Shown here one piece after another: positions 12,012 to 23,300 of a DNA stretch of 38,691 bases. Both the position numbers and the translations under genes were made by a program. The notes under the pieces were generated by a model. It did not search any database, was not told the DNA's origin, and was given only the letters and a program-made list of their open reading frames with translations. Position 1 is the first letter of the stretch; the number at the start of each line of letters is the position of its first letter. Origin of the DNA: Chiloscyllium plagiosum (lineage: Eukaryota); assembly GCF_004010195.1 (NCBI RefSeq), contig NW_025214056.1, positions 1 through 38,691 of the forward strand, given 5' to 3'.

Positions 12012-12127
12012 GCTCTTATGTTGCAGTGGTAGTGTCCTTATCTCTGAGTGAGAATGCCTGGGTTCAAGTCCCACCTGCTCCAAATGTATGTCATAACATC
12101 TGTGAACAGGTTGATTAGAAAATATCC
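12012..12127 (+). mobile_element. Short tRNA-like SINE module (apparently a 5'-truncated copy of the 15931-16157 element)
   Basis: A-box-like ttgcagtggtag, B-box gggttcaagtccc, 3' end aacaggttgattagaaaatatc; similar to the reverse complement of 15931-16040. Confidence 0.65.
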
Positions 12128-13049
12128 AAGGCCCTCAGACTAGAGTGACCTCACTTCCACAACATGTTTGAAATGAAAATCTTTGAAAAGGTTATTCACC
12201 TTTTATCCCTTCACCACAACCATATCTCTAACTCAACCCATCATCTATTCAAACCCTTCCATGTCTATCATCCCCACACTTGACCATTGCAATGCTCTGC
12301 CAGCCGGCTTTCCCTCTTCAGATCTATCTTTGCTAGGTCCTATATCCTGCCAAAACCTACCTCCACCCCTTTCCAAATACCCATCCACAAGGCCCTGCTC
12401 CTTAAACTCTTCCTTCTCCTTATCCAATGTTAAGGCCACCCACCAACAATGACTTGTCTGTTGATGCCCCTGTTCTAGTCTCTTTGCCTTTATATTTGCA
12501 TGTAGTTTCCTCCAATCTTTGTAAACTGCTTTGAACATAGGAAATTGTTACCAGCTGCAAAATAAATAAATGTCATTGTTACATTTTCTAACATATTAAA
12601 TTCTCCCTGTGAACTAATCTTTCTTGCATATGAATTGAACAGGTGGACTACACCTCAGAAGTAAGTTTTAGAATCATATCTTTAAATGATTCCCAATTAT
12701 CTTGTTGTTGAAATGAACATTCCAGAGAATCTACGGACAAAAATATAAATTGTATGGTCAAGGAGCTGAAACTGTTGTATTCATTACTAATATATTAGTA
12801 GCTAGAAGCTCTCCATCTTCACTGTCCAAAACATATCCACAATATCAGGGAGCTGGACAAAACTCCAACAAAATATTCTTACAAATTGCTGTGTACCTGG
12901 CATCAAAAGCATGCTTATCAGAGCACAGCTTCATTGCGTTGGTCAGCTGTTTCAAATGCAAGATTCCTACATACCAAGACAGTACTCTACAGAAAGCTAA
13001 GTATGAGAACCCACATCACAGGATATCCCAAAATTGAGATAATGAACTA

Positions 13050-13263
13050 CAGTAGTGCTCCCCACCCCATACCCACGAGGAAGACATCCCAATACCTACT
13101 GCAGATGCTCAAAACCGTGGACAGGTGCGAACCCATTCATTTAAATGGGAAATGTCTTCTGGTGCATGATTCTGGTATGTTCTCTTTTATATGTTCGGGC
13201 CGCGGTAAACCATGGGTAACAGAAACCGTGGTAACCAGGCCCGTGGATACGGGGGTCGCCCTG
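13050..13263. mobile_element. Probable Tigger/pogo-type MITE
   Basis: Imperfect terminal inverted repeats (ta)cagtagtgctcccaccccatacccacg ... cgtggatacgggggtcgccctg, resembling Tigger CAG...CCGTATCCACG termini; CpG-rich relative to the flanks. Confidence 0.5.
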
Positions 13264-13932
13264 TCATATGAAAGTGAATCTCAAAACTTGCAGGTTGGAT
13301 ACCAAGACATGGGAAAATAACTTTGGACAGACTCAGACACAGGAGGTTTCCATTAAGCAGGAGGTTGACATCTGAGGAGGACAAAATGTTTTCATGACAG
13401 ATTAACAGGACACAAAGCTAAATTTTTCATCCATCTCCCCAACAGTGACTTTATATACAGTATTTTGAAATGAGACCCAACCCAACATCACACATGGAAT
13501 GTCATCAACCTAGCCTGTAAACTCTCTCTTTTGGCTGAACATACATCCATTAAAACAACAGAATTCATCAGTTAGACTCTATACTCAAACACATTGTTTC
13601 TTAATCAAATAAATTTATGAATAATCGTTATTACAGGTTTTAGAAGAGTTAACTAATCTTGTTCCCAGACACTCATTAGTTTTCTCAATTGAAATTCATG
13701 AGTTTTCTGAATTATCATACTGCAGCATTTTAAAAACAGGTCTGGAAGGAACTCCACCAAACAAAAGTTTGCTCTTTTAGCATCACAATTTCATATCAAG
13801 ACCTTTCCCCTCTACTCTTAAAACTGATGCCGGTTCGTGAGACCTAGACTGCAAGGGAAGAGCAGCAATTCAATATCACTGATGATTTCTAGATGAGGGA
13901 TTAAAAACATTAGAAATTAAAATGTGACAAAC

Positions 13933-14024
13933 CGATTTGAGCCGGGACACCTTACTGGACAAATTATCGGTCATTCGTTTGTTTTCTGCATCAAGCATTT
14001 GGTCCACTGCACCTGAACCGAGGC
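13933..14024 (-). CDS. BET1L: BET1L exon 2
   Basis: tcttcgtttcttccAG|GC...TCG|GTTTGT; 92 nt, phase 1 start; encodes (G)LGSGAVDQMLDAENKRMTDNLSSKVSRLKS. Confidence 0.97.
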
Positions 14025-14372
14025 CTGGAAGAAACGAAGAAATAAACATATAAATGGCAAACATACAAATACAGACTGTAGATGGAAGATGGAATTTGGA
14101 GTCCCAGGTTACCCTGAACCCTCAATGTTGACCCCAAGTTAACACTGATCCTTCAACCACAGTCAGTCATTTTTCTCACTTCTTCTCCTATTACCTTGCT
14201 GCGTTAATGGATTGCAAGGCTTGCTGCAAACACTGACCATCTTTTGAAGTAATTTATTGGCTGTAAAGCAATTTCGGATGTCCTGAGGAGAGGAAAGTTA
14301 TATCTCAGCTGGCGTTTATTAGAATCATACAAAACAGGAAACTGCTCATTTCCTGCTTTGGTGTAGGTAATT

Positions 14373-15300
14373 CATAGAATCATAGAGTCCTACAGCACAG
14401 AGACAGGTCCTTTCACCCAAATTGGTCCATGTCAACCAAAACACCCACACACGCTAACTCCATTTCTCTGAACTTGGCCTATATCCTTCTAATCCTTTCC
14501 TAGCCATGTATTTGTTCAAATGCCTTTTAAATGGTGCTAATGTACCCATCTCAAACACTTCTGCTGGCAGCTTATTCCATACACATAGTATCCTCAGGTT
14601 CTCTTTTATTTTTTCCCCCTCTACTCTTAAATTCATGCCCTGTTGTCCTAGATTCCTCTCGATTGGGAAAAAAGCTGAGTGAATTCACCCTATCCATGAT
14701 CTTATACACCTCTATAAAGGTCCCCCCTCAGTCGCCTATACTCTAAAGAAAACGTCCTAGCTTGTCCAACCTCTCCCTATGACACAGACCATTCAGTCCT
14801 GGCAACATGCTTGTAAATTTCTTCTGCACTCTTTCCAGTTTAATAACATCCTTCCTATAACAAAGACACCAAAACAGAACACAATACTCCAAGAGCAGCC
14901 TCACCAACATCCTGTATAACTGCAACATAACTTCCCAACTTCTATACTCAATACCCTGATTGATGAAGGCCAGTGTGCCAAAAGCCTTCTTCACTGTCCT
15001 GTCTGCCTGTGACTCCACTTTTAGAGAACTGTGAACCTGAACTCGGAGATCCCTCTGTTCCACTACATTCCTTAAGGCCCTACCATTCACCATGAAACTC
15101 CTAGCTTGATTTGGCTTTCCAAAATGCAAGACTTCACACTTATCTATATTAAGCACCATTTGCCATTTCTTGGCCCCCTTCCCCAGTTGATCATGGTCCT
15201 GCTGTAATTTCTGATAACCTTCCTCAGAAATTACAGCACTGTCCATGATACCGCCTATTTTAGTGTCATCAGCAAACTTACTAATCATGCATTGTATATT
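14373..15300 (-). mobile_element. CR1-clade LINE 3' fragment with RT C-terminal ORF remnant
   Basis: ORF 14743-15288 begins ISKFADDTKIGG (RT YADD-type motif) and continues ...KCEVLHFG...QRDLRVQV...LEYCVLFW; catagaatcatagagtc tail at 14373. Confidence 0.92.
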
Positions 15301-15930
15301 CAGACTGCTTTTCCACTAAATGGTAGCTATGTTTTACCAATTTATTACTTTAACATGCTGGAAGTCTACACAAGTAGCTCCCAGCATGGCAATTTCTATT
15401 TCAAATCTTGTATCACTTATTAATTACATACAATATACAGTCAATACACATGTCTAATGCCACTGATCTGTACCTGTATTCATGCTCCATATGAACCTTT
15501 TCTCACTTTACATTATCTCATCCTATCAGCATGTCCTCTTAAGGTTCCTTGATGGATAAAAAAGTACTTCATTATCCATCTATTAAGTCACCATTAATGG
15601 ATATCTGAATACATGCAATTCTCAATAGGTTCATTACTTAAAAAATATCCAAGTGAATAATTAGCAAAAATAATGTTAAACAAGAGATCTGGTTAATGAT
15701 ACAGAAGCTAACAATGATAATCAGAACAATCCATGCCATAACATTAATCTCAGCTGAATTACATTTTTAAAGAAACTGGAACAAAGAAAAACATTAGGGA
15801 TTCTAGTAATGATGGCCAAGGGGATTTCTCACTTTCTCAACTACAGACAAAGAGCAGGATTGTTGCCTTGTTCATCTTAATTTTGACAAGAGTGGGTGCC
15901 ACAATGTAAATAACCTTCTTCTGTTTTGTA

Positions 15931-16157
15931 GATATTTTTAATCAACTTATTCAGACATGTTGTGACACAGCTCTGGAGGGGACTTGGAACATAGACCTTC
16001 TGGTCCAAAGTAGGGACATTACCAATGCTTCACAAGACCCCAAATCGTATTGCCCCTGTTGTTTCCAAGTGGTCACCCATCCAAATAGAAACCCGGCCTG
16101 CATAGAGTCCAAGAGCAGATGAGATTGGGTGTCTTCAGACTGGTATGATCGTAGGCA
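15931..16157 (-). mobile_element. Composite 5S rRNA-derived + tRNA-like SINE with 13-bp TSD
   Basis: A 5S-like head (16156-16043) is fused to a tRNA-like module (16040-15931); TSD cttctgttttgta at 15918-15930 and 16158-16170. Confidence 0.75.
16043..16156 (-). pseudogene. 5S rRNA-derived sequence (near full length, diverged)
   Basis: Reverse complement GCCTACGATCATACCAGTCTGAAGACACCCAATCTCATCTGCTCTTGGA...TTGGATGGGTGACCACTTGGAAAC aligns along vertebrate 5S rRNA, with many CpG-type substitutions. Confidence 0.85.
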
Positions 16158-16430
16158 CTTCTGTTTTGTATGATACTATTAAATACCAATGCTTGCATAC
16201 AAGTTGCAATTCAACTTACATAGAAAGTGTTTATAGCAAGGAGACAACAGCAATATGAAAATCAAATCTGCATGAACCAAAATCTGCTCTCTTGGTGCGC
16301 ACTGAGTGGGATACAGTGCAATGAGATTAACAACTGACCCACCATAGGGCAATGACCAACATATTGTCCAAAAAATTGTTATAACTGCATCTTCTGATTT
16401 TCTTTCTGCAGGATGGAACAACACCTTATT

Positions 16431-16781
16431 ACAGCGGGGTGAGCTTAAAAATGTTTATAAAATCATGAGGGGTATAGATAGGTTGAATAGCCAAGGTCTT
16501 TTTCCCAGGGTAGGGGAATCCAAAACTACATGACATAGGTTTATGGGGAGAGGGGAAAGATTTAAAAGGGACCTGAGGGGCAACATTTTCACACAGAGGG
16601 TAGTGCATGTATGGAACAAACTGTGTGAGGTGGTGGTGGTGGTGGACATAGGTACGATAGGAAGGATTTAAAGGAATATGGGCCAAATGTTAGCAAATGG
16701 GACTATATCAGTTTAGAATATTTTGGCGCAGACAAGTTGGACTAAAGGGTCTGTTTCCATGCTGTATAATTATGACTGTAT
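16431..16781 (+). mobile_element. CR1/HER1-like LINE 3' end
   Basis: tttataaaatcatgaggggtatagatagg...gggtctgtttccatgctgta; same family as 5305-6035. Confidence 0.85.
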
Positions 16782-18539
16782 AAGGAGGAAACAGCTGCAA
16801 ATCACGAGTATGATTACCTCAGAAAACAAATAGTCTATAAGGAAATTAGTATCTTCTTAAGAAAGTGTTTTAATGCAGCTTGTCAAACTTCAAAATGATA
16901 GAAAAGAATTTAGAATCATCCAGGACTAGAAAAGTAGCCATTCACACTGCTGTAGCCCTTTCTACCACATTCAGTCTTAGTTTTCTCTATAGTCCACAAT
17001 GGAGAACAAGGCAAAGAAACCTAATTGACCAAGTTCTGATTTACTATTCAATCCGTAAACTTCAATTATATTGTGTCCTTTTAAACTAAATAGTTGACTT
17101 TAGCTTCTATGTTCTTGGGAATTGCCAGATCAAAAAAATTCCAGGGTCCACCCAGTTCACCATCTACACTGATACAGTCTTATCATCTAACTATTACAGT
17201 TATTGACTAATCACAGTGATCAACCTTTATTAATGAGATTACAGCAGACTAAACATTAGCAGTGGAAAAAATAAGTTCAAAGGCATCTTTTCTTCCTAGG
17301 TTCTCTACATTTACCACGTCACGTCTCAAATTACTCAGTTCGATTATTATGGTTATATTATAGGCAATGGTCTAGCCAGTGACACCCACATCCCATGACT
17401 GAAAGACCTTTTTAAAAATTACTGAACATAAAAGAGAAGTTGATAGAATAGGTACCAGGAGACAGTAAAACCAGGGAACACTGTTTAAAAATAAGTGTCT
17501 TGCTGTTAAGATGAAGATGAGGAAAATCTTTTACCATCAGAAAGTCATTAGCTTCTGGCATTCTTTTCGCCAGGATCAGTAAACTTATTCAATGCTGCAT
17601 TAGATAGACCTTAGATAGATAAAGGAGTCAAGGTTTACGAAGGGACAGACAGGAAAGTGGAATTGAGACCACAATCAGATCAGCCACCATCTTATTAAGT
17701 GAAAGAGGTCTACTCCTGCTCCGAAGTCATAGAATCATACAGAAAGAAGTTACTTGGTCTATCAAGTCTGTGGTACAAAGAAAATGAGCCACCCAGCTTT
17801 ATCTCACTTTTCAGTATATGTCCATAGTTCTGTAGATTATAGTATATTAAGTCATGTGCTCTAATACTGCTGAACCTCCTTGCATATAAATAGATGCTTA
17901 AGCAAGATACTGACAAATTAGTGTAGCTGTACTCATGCATTAATCATGCCAACAAAAGAGAGCATTTAAATAAATTGCTGTACTGCTCATGTCATCCAAC
18001 TGAGATTGACATTTAAAAGTTACACATGGTTAATGTTTCATTGACCACACTAAATGGAATAGCCCTTTATTAATGAAAACTATTAACTGTGCAACAGCAA
18101 AATCACAAAGCAACATTATTGTTCAGTTCAAGATGAGAAGATAGTGTCTTTGGCTCAATCACCTTCACTTTACTGACATAAGATTGGACACATTTACATC
18201 CTTGAATTATCACATGGACAATAGTGAGGAGAACACAGGTGGAGCTTAGATGTTAAAATGAACAAAGCAGAGCCTGAAGGTGGTGACGAGGAGATAGGAA
18301 TTTCAAAGAAAAGTGAATTCAGGCAAAGGAAACAAACTTAAGATAAAATTACTATTAATCAGCTATTCCTGAATCTCAGAGGGATCAGGTAACACGATGC
18401 TACTTTCAGAGGCATTATGGAACAAGTGAATTTATTTCAGAAATGTAGCTCACCTCAACAGATAGGAATGAGTTCAAATCTCAAGAAACATTTTAGTCAA
18501 GAAAACTGCATTATATTCACATGAAAAGTCTGTAAGATT

Positions 18540-19236
18540 TATGTGTCAAGAATACAGGGAATAGAAAGGCAATTTATTATTTAAATTGAGAGAAGCTTCA
18601 GTGCAGATGGTTCTCACTGACCTTATGCATGAATCGAAGAAAATTAATACGTAGGCACAGCAGGTAGTAAGGAAGGCAAAAGGAATTTTCCACTATTGCT
18701 AAAGGAAGAGCATGTAAAAGTAGGTTGCTGCAATTGTACAAGAAATTAGTGAGACAGCACCTGGAGACTGCATCCAGTTTTGGTCTGCTTACTTGAAGAG
18801 AGATGGAGTTACATTGGAGATAGTTCAGATGAGGCTTATGAGAGAGAAAGCAGCTTAGGCCTATACTCTCTACAGTTTAGAAAAGTGAGAAGAGATCTAA
18901 TTGAAGCATAGAAGATGCTAAAAGGACTGACAAAGTTGGCTTGTAAAGATGTTTCCTCGTGTGGCAATCTAGAATGGAGGTCATTGTTAAGGTAGCAGAT
19001 TTAAAACCAATATGAGGAGAAATTATTTCTCTCAATGGGGTCGTGAATCTGTGGAATGCACTACCCCAGAATGCACTGGATGCCAGGACACTGAGTACAT
19101 TTAAAGAGATACACAGATTTTTAATTTGTAATTAGTAATGGGTTTAATGGATAGCAGGCAGGGAAGTAGAGTGATTGTATTGAATGGCTTTGAAGTTTTG
19201 TGGGGTTGAATTTCCTGCTCCCACTTATGTTCTTAT
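18540..19236 (+). mobile_element. Degraded CR1-clade LINE 3' fragment
   Basis: Remnants such as cacctggagactgcatccagttttggtc, gagatctaattgaagcatagaagatg and gtgaatctgtggaatgcactacccc; ttatgttcttat tail. Confidence 0.75.
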
Positions 19237-20321
19237 AAATGTGGAGACTGAGACAAAATTGTGATGTAATATTCAAACAGATGAGAATTGGAGTGGACCG
19301 TTTCTATCATTTTATATGTTTCCAGGGATTGAACTGTATCAGCATATCAGACGTTGCTGCTACATCAGAATGTCCAGTTTATTGTGTAAAGTGGAATCTC
19401 TTGTTTCACAGCCCACTAATACAAAAGAAAGACTTACATTTATACAGCCACTTACAATGCTTCAGCCAAAGTACTTTACTTGCTTCAAACAAACTCCATT
19501 GTCTTTGACACTTTACTACCCAAGTAAAGGTCCCTCATTGCTAAGGGATGGAATTATTAGCGAGAATGTAGAAATATGAAACATCAGGTAGATCAAATCT
19601 TTGATTTCTAATTCCATGCCATGCAAACATCTGAATTTTAGGGAACTTTAGGTTTGTCTCTTCCATGGTGTCATGTTTTGGTATGAATACTTCAAGGGTT
19701 AGGCACAACATGATATGTATAAGGATTGCAATCCAACATGGGGTCTCTATGTAGGGTCGACTACCTTGTCAAATAGTCTGCATCTCATGACTGAGCATTA
19801 GCCTCCAATGGGCATGCAACCCAGATCAACATCACAACCAAAGGATGACATCATCTGGCTTCACAAGGAAACCATGACAACACAGATTCCTGACAAAACA
19901 CAACAAAGTGGTACACAATGTGCATCTGTAAATGTGAGTCAATTGGACCAAACTTCGAAGACCACTGTGAGGAGGATTGAAAATACTGCAAAGTAGCATC
20001 ATTAATCAATTAAGAAAAAAAACTGTTAGCCAAAAACTGAGACAGTTTCCAAATACATCTCAAATCAGATCAAATTAGTGAACAATTAATTGGCAATTAC
20101 CTACAAAACACAATTAAAGGTTTCTTCAAATCAAGGAAGATTGGATAGATCATAGAGCAAAATGCTGGACTGAGCAGCTTTGGGTGTTTGAGAAGGTTTA
20201 GCATTTCAAAAGGTTCAGTATTTCAAATCTCATCTGTACTGAGGACACATTAGTAAGCTTTAAAATACCGAACTGAGCAATTCCATCTTTTTGATTTTCA
20301 GTCTGTGCCAAGATTTCAAAA

Positions 20322-23300
20322 ATGCATCGCAATGTGGAATTATTCTCAGTGAGCCTCATAAAGATGACTGCTGAGGAAGATGAGGATTCTCGGAAGAAAA
20401 TACTGAATAGTCTATACATTCTGGGATGTCACCACCCAGAGATGGTGTTAACTGTCTGTCATGACTATCTGTCTCACCACAGCACATTGACAGGTCTACA
20501 GGGGGCTGTAATTTTCGACACCATGACAATGATTACCAAAAAAACACTTGAACAAATTAGTGAAGGCCTAGCACAAAACATTCTCTCATTGGCTGCACTA
20601 TGGATTACTAAATTAACAGGAAGTCAAGCTGACAGCCAGGAAGCTGCAAGCAATCTCCTAGTTACCATGAGTTTCAGGTTTATGGATCAAGTTCTCCAGT
20701 TGACGATGGAGAATTTAAAGGAAGGGAATGTTCCAAATGCATACATGGTGAAAACTTTGACCAAAATGTCAGCAGAAAACACGCTGGTCATGATGCCTTT
20801 TCTGAAATCTATTATAGGGACAATGATTCCAGCTCTTTTCGGAGTTAAACAGGATGAGTTGAAAGTTGTATTTGCTGCAGCACTGGGAAGTTTTAGTAAG
20901 AGCATTCTGCTCTACCTGGAAAATACTGAGAAAGCCTCAGACCTGACAGTGACAAAAGACTCTTTCTACTCTGAGATTAGCACTGTCTATAGCACATTCT
21001 TCAAGGTGTGGCTTCAGAAGGAGCCTTCTAAACTGAACATCCAAGTAGTGGAAGCTTTGGGATACGTCAGCTGTCTGCTACCCAAGGACAAATTTGAGAA
21101 AGAACTTCCCAAGATGATTCCAGCCATCCTCTCTCTCTACAAGAAACAACCTGGGCACTTTTCCATTACAGAGTGTCTATGCCGGTTGCTAGATGCTGCT
21201 ATGGAGATGGGACATCCTGGGTTGAAAACACAGCTGGATAATCTGCTTAATAATCTCCATCAGCAGATATGCCTCTCGGTAGGGGCAAATAACCATCATA
21301 CCACAAAGAATCACACAGAGATCCTTCGCTGTTTCATAGTTCTAGCCCCAATTTATGCAGATTCACTAGTTGACTTCCTCTTACTCAAGTTAGAGAATAC
21401 AGAACAACAAATGAGAGTGGGAACGCTCACTGTGCTGAGGCATCTCATCAGTTCAGTCTCCTCGCACTTAGAGAGGAAGCAAGTTAAGATTGTTGCTGCT
21501 ATTAAACCAATGCTCCAGATGAATTGCACTAATCATGAGAAGAAGTTAATTGCCCAAGTAATATGTGCCATGGCCCAGCATGGTTACCTTGAGCCAGAAG
21601 AAGGAAAGGCAACAGTAGAATTCCTCATCCGACAGTGTGCTGCTTCCATTGATTCAACCACCTCAGAACTAACCAACCATCAAGAAGAGCAAGTAACAGA
21701 TGAAGACCTGGCCACAGTGTGTGAAACAGTGATGTTTATGATCACAAATACTGTGAAGATGGAGGATGCTCTCTGGCCATTCTTATTGGAATGTGTCACA
21801 ATGACCCAATATACCAAAGCTCTAACAACAATCTGTAACTGTTTAGCACATCTGGGAAAGAAGAAACCACAAGATATTGGTGAAAGGTTTTCCCTTATTT
21901 ACAGTGGGAATACCAATGTCCCTAGAGCCCAGGCACTGCTGGCCCGGCTCCTCCTCGTGTCTTGTTGCCCAAATCAAGGAAGAAGCAGAGCAGCTGCAGC
22001 ACTGAGACTACTGCAAGTCCTAAATTTTAATATTCATCCAGCAACAGCAAGCTGGTGGGATGAGGAGCTCCCAGCATTAGTTGACCAATTACAAGGTCAT
22101 TTAAAAGAGAGTCTACATGAACAGGAATGGGAAGAGAAACTATTGCTGTTCCTGTCAAAAACTTTGAATATCATTGATGATGAGGAATGGACAAGTCAGC
22201 TCTGTGACGAAATGTATCAACAGATTGACACCCATGATCGTTCTCCACAGGAGAAGGGCTTTCTCTATAAAGCTCTTGGGATAGTGCTCAGTCAGGTTCG
22301 CAAACGCAATATAAAGGAGGAACTTCACCAAATGTTACTGAGCGTGCAGCACAATGAGAATGCAGAGAGAGAGGGGGCAGCCATTGCCATCGGTTTCTGT
22401 GCCATGACCCATTTCAATGACACCCTCAGCAGTCTGGAGGAGTTTGCCAATTCTAACAGAATTATGAGTACTAACAGTTTTTTCCATATTAACAATGACA
22501 AGCCTGATGTGGATCTGGATCAAGCTAAGAGCACATTAGTCCTGTGCTATGGGAACATGGCACTCTATACACCAGAAGAACTACTGTCTAGAATAGAGTC
22601 TCACATTCTGTCAGCTATCAGTGAATTTATTACAAGTGGGAATAGAATAAAGGCCAAACCCAGGGATCTTACACTAAAACTCAGCATAATAAAGGCCGTA
22701 ACAATGATAGCCAAATCACTACACTCAAATTATCAGAGTGTTCCTTTCAACTTTATCAGAAAGAGAGAGCTGCTCATGTACATGCAGAATCTTATACAGG
22801 ATGAACCACAAGAGCTGCTACACGGTCCTGTTCGAAAGTTAGCCATGATCGCCTGTCTACATCTTGTACAACTACACACTGAATCAAACCAAACTGATAT
22901 CCTAACTTCCCAACTAATCCATACCTGCCTGACTAGTACTTTCAGCATTCTCCCTTTAGAACTAGATAAGGACAAAGACATGGCTAGCAGCAAAGATAGT
23001 ACAACACTTTATATCCAAACCATCACTGCCTTGCAAGAACTTCTGAAGGAAATATTACTTCAGGACCTGTCATCTGAAGGTCTTCAGGCCATGTTTCAAC
23101 AATTTGAGGAATGGATCATTTCAACAAAGGACTATGAACGAGAGCGAGCTATGGACATGATTTTAGTATTGCTGAAATATATGGAGAAGCTTGATACATT
23201 TCCATTAATTAACATGGGTAGTTTGATTGGACAGATAATGCCACGCTGTGCAGACCCGTTGATTTCTATTGGGCAGATTGTCATTGATTGTTTGTACACC

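Noticed and set aside
13876..14064. 62-aa ORF as a complete small protein
   Set aside because: It is BET1L exon 2 plus flanking intron sequence.
14743..15288. 181-aa reverse transcriptase ORF as an active element
   Set aside because: 5'-truncated CR1 fragment lacking most of the RT and the endonuclease.
16043..16156. Functional 5S rRNA gene
   Set aside because: Many substitutions and a deletion in the internal control region; single copy fused to a SINE module inside a TSD.
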